A stretch of 64,000 bases of DNA from an uncultured Blautia sp. (lineage in GTDB: Bacteria; Bacillota; Clostridia; Lachnospirales; Lachnospiraceae). Positions within the stretch are counted from its first letter, which is position 1, and the number at the start of each line of letters is the position of its first letter. A model generated the notes under the pieces. That model was not told the origin of the DNA and searched no databases. It saw only the letters and a program-made list of their open reading frames with translations. The stretch covers positions 10,533 to 74,532 of the forward strand of contig UQJE01000003.1 in the NCBI GenBank assembly GCA_900541345.1, written 5' to 3'. This document shows positions 1 through 9,937 of this stretch, piece after piece. The position numbers and the translations under genes were made by a program.

Positions 1-486
1 TATGGGCTTTGGGTAACGGGAGCGGGACTTACCCTTATGTTTCTTCTGATTCTTGCGGGGGAAATCCTGGGAAAAAAATTTACCTTTGTCATTACAAATA
101 CTCCTTCAGCAGGAAGAATTATCCTTGCCTGGGCAGTCCTTTTCCTTACGTTTATGTGGCAGGTTCCCTTCTGTATGTTTCTTGCAGAAGCTTTGGGAAG
201 CCTTCCTATGATTCTGATTCACGTAGTTTTATACCAGATTGCATTTATCGCTCTTTCTTTGAAACCTTACTATATGCTTCTTCCGGGAGCGATTCCTGCA
301 AGAGTGATGTGTCCTGTTCTTGGGATTATGCCAAGTAATCTCCTGGCAGTACCTGGTTCTGTGGGATTTTATCCGGAGCTTTTAAATAGCAGCAGTGTGT
401 GGATTGGGATTGTGGCTTCCATGTTCTGGTTTTTGCTTTTCTGGGGGATGGGACGGAAGCTATATGAAAGACAGGGGGTAAAATAA
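1..486 (+). CDS. Lantibiotic immunity ABC transporter permease, LanE/MutE family (5' partial)
   Basis: Open frame from base 1; hydrophobic protein with WQVPFC and P...R.MCPVLGIMP motifs typical of MutE/EpiE; directly followed by a LanG-like gene. Confidence 0.75.
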   Translation, partial: YGLWVTGAGLTLMFLLILAGEILGKKFTFVITNTPSAGRIILAWAVLFLTFMWQVPFCMFLAEALGSLPMILIHVVLYQIAFIALSLKPYYMLLPGAIPARVMCPVLGIMPSNLLAVPGSVGFYPELLNSSSVWIGIVASMFWFLLFWGMGRKLYERQGVK

Positions 487-1251
487 ATGGGTGAGACATG
501 GAGGTTTCTAAAAGCAGAATATAGAAAAATGAAAGGAACGTACATCCCCTTCATTTATGTAGGAGTTCCCATTTTGGGCTGTGCTTTGTTTCTTCTATAT
601 TATTCTTTTTCTGCCTGGAATACGGAATCGGAAATTATGGCTTACGCGGAAGCAATGGGGGCTGCCCTGCCTCTTTTAATCAGTCTTTTATCTGCGATTT
701 CGGTGGAGCTGGAAGAAAGAAACCATTTTCAGACTTTTCTGGGAACAGCGAAAAAAAAGAAAAGCGCCCTCCTTGGAAAATACTTTGCCCTTCTGTTTTT
801 TACCTTCCTTTCTTTTCTTCTTGCAGTGGGACTTTTTGGAGTTGGATTTACTTCTCTTCTTGGGAAAGAGGGAATGACAACGGGACTTTGTGTGAGGCTT
901 ATTTTTGCACTGTGGCTTCCTTCTGCAGCCTTATACGCAATTCATCTTTTTCTTAATCTTGCCTTTCAGAAATCTGTATCAATCGCAGTGGGGGCAGGAG
1001 AGTCTCTTATATCCGCTCTTTTTCTTACCGGGCTTGGAGAAGGGAATTGGGTATTTGTTCCTGCTTCCTGGAGCGCCAGATGGGCAATGTATGTAACTGG
1101 GACGGAGTTAAACGATACTTACAGAGCGGCGATACAGGAGTCATTAAATTTAAGGAGAAGCGCAGGAATCTGCCTGTTGATAACTGTTTTTCTTTGTGGC
1201 ATAATTCTTGTATGGTTCAAATTTTATGAAGGAAGGCAGTGCAATGATTAA
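487..1251 (+). CDS. Lantibiotic immunity ABC transporter permease, LanG/MutG family
   Basis: KAEYRKMK N-terminus, ESLISALFLTGLG and W.FVPASW motifs, multiple TM segments. Confidence 0.8.
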   Translation: MGETWRFLKAEYRKMKGTYIPFIYVGVPILGCALFLLYYSFSAWNTESEIMAYAEAMGAALPLLISLLSAISVELEERNHFQTFLGTAKKKKSALLGKYFALLFFTFLSFLLAVGLFGVGFTSLLGKEGMTTGLCVRLIFALWLPSAALYAIHLFLNLAFQKSVSIAVGAGESLISALFLTGLGEGNWVFVPASWSARWAMYVTGTELNDTYRAAIQESLNLRRSAGICLLITVFLCGIILVWFKFYEGRQCND

Positions 1252-1893
1252 TGTTCTTGCAGTGGATGATGAGAAAGAAATTTTAAAAATAATTAAAAAA
1301 GCTCTGGAAAAAGAAGGATATGTGGTGACGACGGTCAGTGAGCCGGAAACTGTGAAAAAAATGAATCTTGGTTGTTTTCAGATGATCCTTCTTGATGTGA
1401 TGATGCCTGGAACTGACGGATTTTCTCTGTGCAGGGAAATCAGGGACAAGGTAGACTGTCCGATTCTTTTTGTTACTGCAAAAACAGGAGAAAAGGAGCT
1501 TATGACAGGACTTGGTACGATTACATAACAAAGCCTTTTGGAATCGGGGAGCTTCGTGCAAGAGTGGCGGCTCATTTAAGACGGGAAAACCGACAGAAGA
1601 AAAACGCTGTTTTTGTGGGAGAAATCCAGCTTGAGCTTCGCTCCAGAAAAATTTTTTATAAGGGGGAGGAGATTCCCCTTACAAAGAGTGAGTATGCCAT
1701 CTGCGAATATCTTGCCATGAATAAGGGGCAAATTTTTTCAAAGGAGAGAATTTATGAGCACATATTCGGATTTGACGGAGAGAGCGACCTTTCCGTAATT
1801 ACCGAACATATCAAAAATATACGTGCTAAATTTCAGAAAAAAGGGCTTTCCGTAATTGAGACAAAGTGGGGGATTGGATACAGATGGGAGTAA
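1244..1893 (+). pseudogene. OmpR-family response regulator (SpaR/NisR-like), frameshifted
   Basis: Receiver N-half (VDDE, LLDVMMPG, ILFVTAK) stops at 1528; DYITKPF plus winged helix (IETKWGIGYRW) continue in another frame; break near 1516/1517. Confidence 0.85.
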
Positions 1894-3287
1894 AAAAACA
1901 AAGTCTTTATCAGTTCTTTTTAAAATATACAGTGCAGATTTGTGTGAATACGGTTTTGATTGTGGGACTGCTGGTTTTGCTGGCAGCCCTTTCCGGCGTT
2001 TCCGGATTGATTCTTCCGGCAAATTATGCGGAAGTACAATTAAAAAAAGACAGGGAAATGCTTAGGCAGGTTTCGGTCATTTCCGAAGAGATGATTCCTC
2101 CTTACTGTACTTACGGTGTGTATAAAGAGAACGGAAGGTGGCTGTATGGAAATTTTCCGGAAGAGATAAGAGAACAGAATTGGGAGAATTTTGAAACAGA
2201 TACAAAATTTGCATCTGATGGGAAATATTTCTTTTTTATAGAGAGAGAAAACGGAGAAGTCTGTATCGTAAAATATGCGTTGAAAGCGTATTTTGCCGGA
2301 GATCATCCTGTTTTAAACAGAATCGGGCCGGAAAATATGCTGCCTCTTATTTTTCTTGTACTCTTTTTGCTTCAGGTGATTGTTTTCTCCAGGATTTTTT
2401 CAAAAAGGCTCAGGCATCGTCTGCTTGTACTAAATCAGGCAACAGAAAAAATTGGAAATAATAACCTGGATTTTGAGAGAGAGCATTCAGATATAAAGGA
2501 GATTGAGGAGGTTTTAGGTTCCCTTGAGCATTTGAGGAAATCTCTGAAAATGTCTTTGGAAGAGCAGTGGGAAATGGAGATAAAACGGGAGGAGGAGCTT
2601 TCGGCTCTTGCACATGATATAAAAACGCCAGTAACAATTATAAGGGGAAATGCGGAACTTTTAAACGAAGAAGATTTAAATACAGAGCAGAGAGAATGTA
2701 GTGAAGCGATTCTTAAAAATGTGGAACAGATCGAGCAGTATCTGCAGGCAATGAGGCAGGTGATTCATAATGAATTCCCGGAAGAAAAAACAGAAATTCT
2801 TGAGGGGAAAGCGCTTTCAGAAGAATTTATAAAGAAGGCGGAGGAGATTGCGGCAGCAGAAAATATAAAGATTTCTATAGAAAAATGCGCAGAGAAGTGC
2901 AAAATAAAAGGAAACAGAAAAGAGCTTCTTCGGGCATGGGAAAACCTTGTGGGAAATGCAGTTACCTATACAGATAAAGAAAAAGGAATTTATGTTTTTA
3001 CAGAAATAAAAGAGAGAGACGGAAACTCCTTTCTTTTGGCAGGAGTGAGTGACTATGGACAGGGATTTTCAAAAGAAGATTTACTTCACGGTACGGAGCG
3101 GTTTTACAGAGGCGATAAAAGTCGCCACGGGAGAGAACATCAGGGACTTGGACTTTTTATTGCGTCGAACATAGTAAAAGCGCAGGGAGGAAGTCTGGTT
3201 CTTAAAAATTCAGAAGAGACCGGGGGCGGTCAGACGCAGCTTTGGATATTGACAGAAGGAGAAAAAGAAGGACAGAGAGATGAATGA
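1884..3287 (+). CDS. Sensor histidine kinase with HAMP domain (SpaK/NisK-like)
   Basis: Two TMs, H-box LAHDIKTP, N-box NLVGNA, DYGQGF, GLGL. Confidence 0.9.
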   Translation: MGVKKQSLYQFFLKYTVQICVNTVLIVGLLVLLAALSGVSGLILPANYAEVQLKKDREMLRQVSVISEEMIPPYCTYGVYKENGRWLYGNFPEEIREQNWENFETDTKFASDGKYFFFIERENGEVCIVKYALKAYFAGDHPVLNRIGPENMLPLIFLVLFLLQVIVFSRIFSKRLRHRLLVLNQATEKIGNNNLDFEREHSDIKEIEEVLGSLEHLRKSLKMSLEEQWEMEIKREEELSALAHDIKTPVTIIRGNAELLNEEDLNTEQRECSEAILKNVEQIEQYLQAMRQVIHNEFPEEKTEILEGKALSEEFIKKAEEIAAAENIKISIEKCAEKCKIKGNRKELLRAWENLVGNAVTYTDKEKGIYVFTEIKERDGNSFLLAGVSDYGQGFSKEDLLHGTERFYRGDKSRHGREHQGLGLFIASNIVKAQGGSLVLKNSEETGGGQTQLWILTEGEKEGQRDE

Positions 3288-3990
3288 GAGACAGAAAACA
3301 ATTCTTGTAGCAGAAGATGATACAGAGATTAATAAGCTGATATGCAAAATTCTGGAAAAAGGAGGATACAGGGCAGTATCGGCTTTTTCCGGGACAGAGG
3401 CAGAACTTCGCTTTGGCATGGAAATAATGGATATGGTTATTCTCGATTTAATGATGCCGGGAATGGATGGGGAATCCCTTCTTCGAAAAATTCGAACAGA
3501 CAGAAAATCAGAAATTCCAGCTTTGGTTCTTTCGGCAAAATCAGCGCTGGAAGACAAGGTAACCCTTTTAAAAAGCGGGGCAGACGATTATATGACGAAG
3601 CCTTTTGAGCCGGATGAGCTTTTAGCGAGAGTGTATGCACTTTTAAGAAGAAGCGGGGCAAAGGAGGAAAGGCCAGAAGCAGTATTCGGAGAGCAAGTTC
3701 TCACTTTTAAAAGCTTAAAACTTTTGAAGAAAGGACGCCAGGTGTCTGTAAAAGAAAAAACACTTACACTTACACCTCATGAATATGAAATTCTTCTTCT
3801 CCTTATGGAAGAGCCGGATAAAGTTTTTTCAAGAGAAAGCCTTTACGAGAAGGTGTGGAAAGGAGGATATTACGGGGAGGACAATACGGTAAATGTTCAT
3901 GTGAGCAATCTTCGTAAGAAAATAGCGGCTGTTGACGGGGAAGAGGAGTATATTAAAACAGTTTGGGGAATCGGATTTAAAATGGCGTAA
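3280..3990 (+). CDS. OmpR-family response regulator
   Basis: AEDD, ILDLMMPG, GADDYMTKPF, VNVHVSNLRKK, IKTVWGIGF. Confidence 0.95.
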   Translation: MNERQKTILVAEDDTEINKLICKILEKGGYRAVSAFSGTEAELRFGMEIMDMVILDLMMPGMDGESLLRKIRTDRKSEIPALVLSAKSALEDKVTLLKSGADDYMTKPFEPDELLARVYALLRRSGAKEERPEAVFGEQVLTFKSLKLLKKGRQVSVKEKTLTLTPHEYEILLLLMEEPDKVFSRESLYEKVWKGGYYGEDNTVNVHVSNLRKKIAAVDGEEEYIKTVWGIGFKMA

Positions 3991-4047
3991 TCTTTATGAA
4001 TTCTTTAAACTTTCTTGAGGACTTATTTAAAGCCCTTTTTGTATACT
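3991..4047 (+). promoter_or_regulatory. Four phased TCTTTA-like boxes plus -10 (TATACT) upstream of the ABC genes; probable response regulator site
   Basis: TCTTTA 3991, TCTTTA 4002, TCTTGA 4013, TATTTA 4024 (11-bp period); TATACT 4042-4047. Confidence 0.65.
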
Positions 4048-4093
4048 TCTGATTACAGAAAGGACGCAAGTTTTCAAAGAAAGGAAGAAAAAA

Positions 4094-5020
4094 ATGGGAG
4101 AATATATTATAAAAACAAAAAATCTCACAAAGAATTACGGAAAATTTTGTGCGTTGAATCGTGTGGGAATTTCTGTAAAAAGAGGAGAGATATACGGACT
4201 TGTAGGCGACAACGGGGCAGGAAAAACCACTTTCTTAAAGCTCCTGTCAGGTCTTGCAACTCCTTCAGAGGGAGAAATAGCCCTGTTTGGTGAGCACGAG
4301 GAAAAGAAAATTGAGAAAATGAGAAACAGGACAGGCGTTCTCATTGAAAATCCCGGATTTTATCCACAGCTTAATGTAAGACAAAATCTGGAATATGCAA
4401 GAATACAAAAAGGCGTTCCCGGAAAAAAATGCGTGGAGGAAATTCTGGAGCTTACAGGGCTTCGTACGGCAGCAAAGAAAAAAGCAAAATCGCTTTCCCT
4501 TGGAATGAAACAGAGGTTGGGACTTGGAATTGCTCTTATGGGAATCCCGGAGCTTCTGATTCTTGACGAGCCTATAAATGGTCTTGACCCAAGCGGGATT
4601 GTGGAGATGAGAAATCTTCTTCTTCGTCTTTGCAGAGAAAAAAATATTACGATTCTTCTTTCCAGTCATATTTTGAGCGAGTTGGAGCAGATGGCCGATA
4701 CTTACGGATTTTTAAAGAACGGATGTCTTCTCCGCCAGATATCCCGAAAGGCGATTCTGGAGGAGTGTGCAGATTATGTGGAAATCGCTGTTTCTGACAG
4801 AGAGAAATATGCAGCTCTGCTGGAAAAAGAGCTTTCTGTGGGGAATTACAAAGTGATGCCCGATGGAAAAATCCGAATTTTAAATGCGGAGTTCGTAAAT
4901 GAGATATACAGCCGTCTTGCCCAGGAACATGAAATTGATGTTCTGGAGCTTTCGCGGAAAAGCCAGTCTCTTGAGGAATATTACCTGAATTTAAAAGAAG
5001 GAGGAAGCCAGTTATGTTAA
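4094..5020 (+). CDS. ABC transporter ATP-binding protein (BcrA/LanF-like)
   Basis: Walker A GDNGAGKT, signature LSLGMKQR, Walker B LILDEP, SSH switch. Confidence 0.92.
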   Translation: MGEYIIKTKNLTKNYGKFCALNRVGISVKRGEIYGLVGDNGAGKTTFLKLLSGLATPSEGEIALFGEHEEKKIEKMRNRTGVLIENPGFYPQLNVRQNLEYARIQKGVPGKKCVEEILELTGLRTAAKKKAKSLSLGMKQRLGLGIALMGIPELLILDEPINGLDPSGIVEMRNLLLRLCREKNITILLSSHILSELEQMADTYGFLKNGCLLRQISRKAILEECADYVEIAVSDREKYAALLEKELSVGNYKVMPDGKIRILNAEFVNEIYSRLAQEHEIDVLELSRKSQSLEEYYLNLKEGGSQLC

Positions 5021-5787
5021 ATTATATGAAAAGCGAGTGGTATAAAACCATTCATGGAAAAGGCTTTTATATTGCAGGAGGCGTGATGTGCGGTCTTGTC
5101 CTTCTTATGAATCTGATTTTATGGGGCAGCAATCATTTTATTACAAATTTCCCATACGGGACATTCCGGTTTTCTCTAAATACGTTTACAGCCCAGCCAA
5201 TCTGGATGATTGCTCTTGGAAGCACTATTGCAGGCGTTCTTTTTATAGATGACAGAAAATCCGGAATTATTAAAAATACCATTGCCTACGGTGTTCCAAG
5301 AGAACAGATCCTTATTGGAAAATGGCTGGTATCGCTGGTCAGCAGCTTTATTTTAATGTGCGTGGTTTTTGTTGTGTATGTAGGAAGCGCATATGTTCTT
5401 CTTGAAAACCCGGAGTGGGAGCCTTTGAGGCAGATGATGATGGCAATGGTATCTGCGCTTCCCTTTTCTATTGCAGCAATGATGCTTATGAACTGTCTTG
5501 GTATAATTATGGAAAAAGAAACCATAACCATGCTCTGGTGGATGGCAGTGATTTATTTTATTCCTATGGCAGTGGATATACTTGGTTTGTATTTTAAAAC
5601 ATTTGAAAAAATTTCACGATGGTTGCCTTATACATTTTTACGAAGAGAAGTTCTTGTCACAAGGGGCGCGTATCAATGCCTGTGGGATACACCGGAGGGA
5701 TTTTTGAAATGTATGGTAACGGGCGTGATAGGAATGGCTGTTTTTGGCGCCTGGGGAATTATAAAATTCAGAAAGCAGCAGATATAA
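5014..5787 (+). CDS. ABC-2 type transporter permease
   Basis: MLNYMKSEWYK start, G..KN.IAYG..R..I..GK motif, about 6 TMs. Confidence 0.85.
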   Translation: MLNYMKSEWYKTIHGKGFYIAGGVMCGLVLLMNLILWGSNHFITNFPYGTFRFSLNTFTAQPIWMIALGSTIAGVLFIDDRKSGIIKNTIAYGVPREQILIGKWLVSLVSSFILMCVVFVVYVGSAYVLLENPEWEPLRQMMMAMVSALPFSIAAMMLMNCLGIIMEKETITMLWWMAVIYFIPMAVDILGLYFKTFEKISRWLPYTFLRREVLVTRGAYQCLWDTPEGFLKCMVTGVIGMAVFGAWGIIKFRKQQI

Positions 5788-5810
5788 AGCAACATGAAAA
5801 GGAGGGGGCA

Positions 5811-6728
5811 ATGAAAGAAGCAGTGATTCTTATTTTGAGTATTCTTGTGTGCTATCTTCTGTGGAGACTTTTTTCCATAAAATACACACTGAAAAAAGCA
5901 GAGAAGGAGCTTCGTGAAATTTCGGCGGAGCCGGAAGAAAACAGAATCGTAAAGTTTCCTGTTCCGGATAAAACGATGGAAGCATTTCTTTGTGCTGTAA
6001 ACGAGAATCTTGAGGAAATACGGAAGCTTCGCATTGCCTACGCAAAAAAAGAAGAAAATTTAAAAGAAGAGATTGAAAATATCAGTCACGATCTTCGCAC
6101 GCCTCTCACTGCCATTCTTGGATATTTAAAAATGATGGACATCTCGTCCATGAGCAGGGAAGAGCAGGAATCTTTAAAAATTGTGAGAAAGAAATCAGAA
6201 GAGCTTCAAAAGCTAATTGGACAGTTTTATGAGCTTTCCAGAGTAAGCGACGGAAACTTTCAGATGAAACTGGAGGAGACGGATGCAGGCAGGATTCTTC
6301 GGGAATGCTGTCTTTCTCATTACGGGCTTTTGGAAAAATTAAAAGTAGAGCTTTTCATTCCGGAAATGCCGGTAAAAATAAGGGGAAATCAGGAGGCACT
6401 TACAAGAGTATTTGTAAATCTTCTTCAGAACAGCGTGCGGTACGGACAGACGGAGCTTACAGTTTTTGCAGAAAATAAAGAGAATGAGGCTGTATTTATT
6501 TTTGAAAATGACATAGAAGAGGGAACAGAGCTTTCAGATCCATCCAGACTTTTTGATCGTTTTTATATGCAGGAAGCTTCCAGGACAAAGGGAGGAACAG
6601 GGCTTGGGCTTACAGTAAGTAAATATCTTGTGGAATATATGAATGGAAAGATATGGGCAGAATATAAAAAGACAGAGCAAAAAACATACCTTCAAATTAC
6701 GATAGGTTTTCCTCTTATATTTTTTTGA
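5811..6728 (+). CDS. Sensor histidine kinase (intramembrane-sensing type)
   Basis: RBS GGAGG before ATG 5811; single N-terminal TM; ISHDLRTPLT, NLLQN, GTGLGL. Confidence 0.9.
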   Translation: MKEAVILILSILVCYLLWRLFSIKYTLKKAEKELREISAEPEENRIVKFPVPDKTMEAFLCAVNENLEEIRKLRIAYAKKEENLKEEIENISHDLRTPLTAILGYLKMMDISSMSREEQESLKIVRKKSEELQKLIGQFYELSRVSDGNFQMKLEETDAGRILRECCLSHYGLLEKLKVELFIPEMPVKIRGNQEALTRVFVNLLQNSVRYGQTELTVFAENKENEAVFIFENDIEEGTELSDPSRLFDRFYMQEASRTKGGTGLGLTVSKYLVEYMNGKIWAEYKKTEQKTYLQITIGFPLIFF

Positions 6729-6846
6729 ACAGATATGTTCGAAAATATTGGAAAATCCCTGTAACTGTGATAAACTGTATATGTTCAGAACTGTCAGAAG
6801 AGCAGATGCTGACAGGAAACATAAGAGACGCAGGAGGTCCGATAAA

Positions 6847-7245
6847 ATGAGAGTAGAATTTGATAAAGCATTGGAAACAGGAAATGAAATGATCGATTCT
6901 CAGCATAAAGAGCTGATCAGTAGAATTGACCAGCTTCTTGTAAGCTGCCAGGATGGAAATGGACAGGTAAAGGCAATTAAAATGCTGGATTACCTTCTTG
7001 ACTATACAGAGTTCCATTTTGACGCAGAAGAGAAACTTCAGGAAGAAATCAGTTTTCCTGCAATTAATGAGCATAAGGCAAAACACGCAGAATTTAAAAA
7101 TGCAGTAAAAGAACTGCAGGAAATGCTTGAGGAAGAAGAAGGTCCAACAGAGGCTTTTGTTGCTCAGGTTCAGAAAAATGTAGTAGACTGGCTGTTTGAC
7201 CATATTAAAGTATTTGACCGCGCAGTTGCAGAATACAAGGGTTGA
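6847..7245 (+). CDS. Bacteriohemerythrin (single domain)
   Basis: IDSQHKEL, HFDAEE, EHKAKH, WLFDHIKVFD di-iron ligand motifs; AGGAGG RBS. Confidence 0.92.
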   Translation: MRVEFDKALETGNEMIDSQHKELISRIDQLLVSCQDGNGQVKAIKMLDYLLDYTEFHFDAEEKLQEEISFPAINEHKAKHAEFKNAVKELQEMLEEEEGPTEAFVAQVQKNVVDWLFDHIKVFDRAVAEYKG

Positions 7246-7249
7246 GAAA

Positions 7250-7822
7250 TTGGAGACAGAGAAGCAGTTTACTGTCCGTATGGCAGAAGAGAAAGACGCA
7301 GAAGCGCTTCTTTCTATTTACAGCTATTATGTAAAACATACGGCAGTAAGTTTTGACTATGAAGTGCCCTCTCTTTTGGAGTTTACAGAGAAGATGAGAG
7401 ACATAAAGAAGCGTTATCCTTATCTCGTTGTGGAGGAGAGCGGAGAAGTAAGAGGTTATGCGTATGCTGCTGTTTTTAAAGAGCGTGTAGCGTATGACTG
7501 GTCTGTGGAGACAACCATTTATCTGAATCCGGACTATAAGGGAAGAGGATACGGAAAGGCGCTTTATGAAAAACTGGAGGAGCTTTTAAGAAAGCAGAAT
7601 ATCCAGAATATGAATGCCTGCATTGCCTGTATTGATGTGGAGGACGAATACCTCACAAATGACAGCCCCAGATTTCATCATCATATGGGCTTTCAGATGG
7701 TGGGTAAATTCCATAAATCAGGATGTAAATTCGGAAGATGGTACGATATGATATGGATGGAAAAGATAATAGGGGATCATAGAGAACCCCCGTTTCCAGT
7801 CTGTCCTGTTACAGAAATCTGA
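7250..7822 (+). CDS. GNAT N-acetyltransferase (phosphinothricin acetyltransferase Pat/YncA family)
   Basis: AYDWSVETTIY, GRGYGKALY, GCKFGRWYD motifs; start codon uncertain. Confidence 0.85.
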   Translation: METEKQFTVRMAEEKDAEALLSIYSYYVKHTAVSFDYEVPSLLEFTEKMRDIKKRYPYLVVEESGEVRGYAYAAVFKERVAYDWSVETTIYLNPDYKGRGYGKALYEKLEELLRKQNIQNMNACIACIDVEDEYLTNDSPRFHHHMGFQMVGKFHKSGCKFGRWYDMIWMEKIIGDHREPPFPVCPVTEI

Positions 7823-7839
7823 GTTTTATAAGAAAATAG

Positions 7840-7886
7840 AAATCCCGACAGTTCATGTTGATATATGTGCTGTCGGGGTTTTCATT
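7840..7886. terminator. Bidirectional hairpin terminator between convergent GNAT genes
   Basis: aaatcccgacag ... ctgtcggggtttt inverted repeat. Confidence 0.7.
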
Positions 7887-8303
7887 TTATAATTCTTTCG
7901 TCATAGCAATGTGAGGATAGTTTTCTTCGAGGAATATTTCTCCCTGTTTTTTGTATCCCTGCTTTTCGTAAAAGCCTTCTACCTGATATTGGGCAGAAAG
8001 TGTGACGATTTTTCCGCCTCTATTAGAAATTTCTTTTTCGGCAAGCTCCATAAGTTTTGCTCCGTAATGTTTGTTGCGAAACTCTTTGCGTACAGCCACA
8101 CGTCCGATTACAAAGCTTTCTTTTTCAGATGAGTAAAAGAATCTGCAGGTGGCAGCGGCAATACCATCTTCGAAAATCACAATATGGACAGCTCTTTTGT
8201 CTGCATCATCAAATTCTTCCTGAAATTTCTGTTCTTCCACAAAGACTTTCAGACGGATAAGTTTTGCTTCTTCCGGCAGTGATTCGTAAATTTTAAATTC
8301 CAT
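7887..8303 (-). CDS. GNAT acetyltransferase (ElaA/YjcF-like)
   Basis: IRLKVFVEEQ, IGRVAV, LSAQ...GFYEKQGY, PHIAM. Confidence 0.88.
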   Translation of the reverse strand: MEFKIYESLPEEAKLIRLKVFVEEQKFQEEFDDADKRAVHIVIFEDGIAAATCRFFYSSEKESFVIGRVAVRKEFRNKHYGAKLMELAEKEISNRGGKIVTLSAQYQVEGFYEKQGYKKQGEIFLEENYPHIAMTKEL

Positions 8304-8343
8304 GATAATCTCCCAATACTATATTTGCCTGTTTATCAGAGTA

Positions 8344-9693
8344 TTATTTTGTGAGTTTTAATTTTTTCATAAAGTTTCTGTATAAAATACAGCCAATTAC
8401 AGCGGCAATCAGTTCTGCTGCAGGGAACGTTGCCCACACACCGTATAGTCCTGCTGTTTTTGATAAAACTGCAGAAAGGGGAATAATAATAATCAACTGT
8501 CGCAGCAGAGATACAGTTAATGACTGGAGGCCTTTTCCAAGAGCCTCAAATGCACCGGAAAGGACACATCCTACTGTGGAAATCAAAAATCCAGCAGCAA
8601 TGATGCGCAGCATGGGAACACCGATTTCGAGCATTTCCTTATTGGCATTAAAAAGCTTCATAATTCCCTGTGGGAATGCCATAAAGAGTAAGGTTCCAAG
8701 AGCCATGATCACACCGGCTGCTTCCAGGCTGGCTTTTAAAGTTTCTTTCATACGTTTTTTGTTTCCGGCACCGTAGTTATAGCTCATAATGGGACGCATT
8801 CCCTGAATAACGCCATTGGCAGGCATGTATACAAAGGTCTGGATTTTGATGTACAGTCCGAAAACAGCAATAGCTGTAGCAGAAAAAGCTGCAAGTACAG
8901 AGTTTAATGCTGCCACAAGAACAGATGGCAGGGACATCATAATGGCAGAAGGAACTGCCACGGTGTAGAGTTTACACAGCATATTTTTTTCAAATCGAAA
9001 ATCCCTTAAATGAATCCGTACAGACGTACATTTTTTCAGGAAGAAAACCATAGAAAGCGCAGCAGCTAAAATCTGAGAGGCTACGGTTGCAATGGCAGCA
9101 CCCTGAACGCCCATTGCAGGAATCCCAAACCAGCCAAAAATAAAAATCGGGTCTAAAATAATATTAAAAATAGCGCCTACGCCCTGAAAAATCATGGGCA
9201 ATACCATACTGCCTGTTGCCTGAAATAATTTTTCTGCATATAGATGGTACATACATCCAATGCTGAAGCATAAAACAATCTGCGTATATTGACAGCTCAT
9301 TTCGTAAATTTGAGGATTGTCAGTGAAATTACGAAGAAATGGTCCTGTGACAAAGAGTCCCATAAGTACAAATAGCAGCCAGTGGATACCACTTAATAAG
9401 AAACCGTGGGTGGCGGCAGATGCGACTTCTTTTTCGTCTTTTGCGCCAAGAGCCCGGGCAACACAGGAGCTAAGTCCGATTCCAAAGCCGCAGGATACCG
9501 CGATAATCAGATTCTGCAGGGGAAAAGCAATAGATACTGCTGTCAGAGCGTCTTCGCTTACTCTTGCCACATACATACTGTCCACAATATTATATAGAGC
9601 CTGTATCAGCATGGAAATCATAGGCGGCACAGACATGGAAATCAAAAGGGGCATCACTTTTTTTGTTCCCATGATGTTTTCCGTTTTTTGCAT
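8344..9693 (-). CDS. MATE family efflux transporter
   Basis: LYNIVDSMYV, NIILDPIFIFG..MGVQGAAIAT, about 12 TMs. Confidence 0.93.
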   Translation of the reverse strand: MQKTENIMGTKKVMPLLISMSVPPMISMLIQALYNIVDSMYVARVSEDALTAVSIAFPLQNLIIAVSCGFGIGLSSCVARALGAKDEKEVASAATHGFLLSGIHWLLFVLMGLFVTGPFLRNFTDNPQIYEMSCQYTQIVLCFSIGCMYHLYAEKLFQATGSMVLPMIFQGVGAIFNIILDPIFIFGWFGIPAMGVQGAAIATVASQILAAALSMVFFLKKCTSVRIHLRDFRFEKNMLCKLYTVAVPSAIMMSLPSVLVAALNSVLAAFSATAIAVFGLYIKIQTFVYMPANGVIQGMRPIMSYNYGAGNKKRMKETLKASLEAAGVIMALGTLLFMAFPQGIMKLFNANKEMLEIGVPMLRIIAAGFLISTVGCVLSGAFEALGKGLQSLTVSLLRQLIIIIPLSAVLSKTAGLYGVWATFPAAELIAAVIGCILYRNFMKKLKLTK

Positions 9694-9937
9694 TTTTATA
9701 CCTCTTTTCCAAAAAATTATACCTTAAAAAGAATAGACATTTTAAATAGGTTTGTCAATGTGTTTTTTCGGAAATTGCCGGATATTCATATCTTAAAGAT
9801 GCGGTGCGTTGTAACGTAAGAATTTGTGTGGTATGATGGGATGAATAGCAGGAAATTATATTGCACCGGAAGGTTGAAAATTTTGTGATTTTGAAAACGC
9901 ATTTTATATGAGGAAGAAAGAAAAGGGGAATTCAAAC

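Noticed and set aside
1429..1893. Programmed frameshift in the response regulator
   Set aside because: No slippery site at the break and conserved residues are missing, which indicates a deletion
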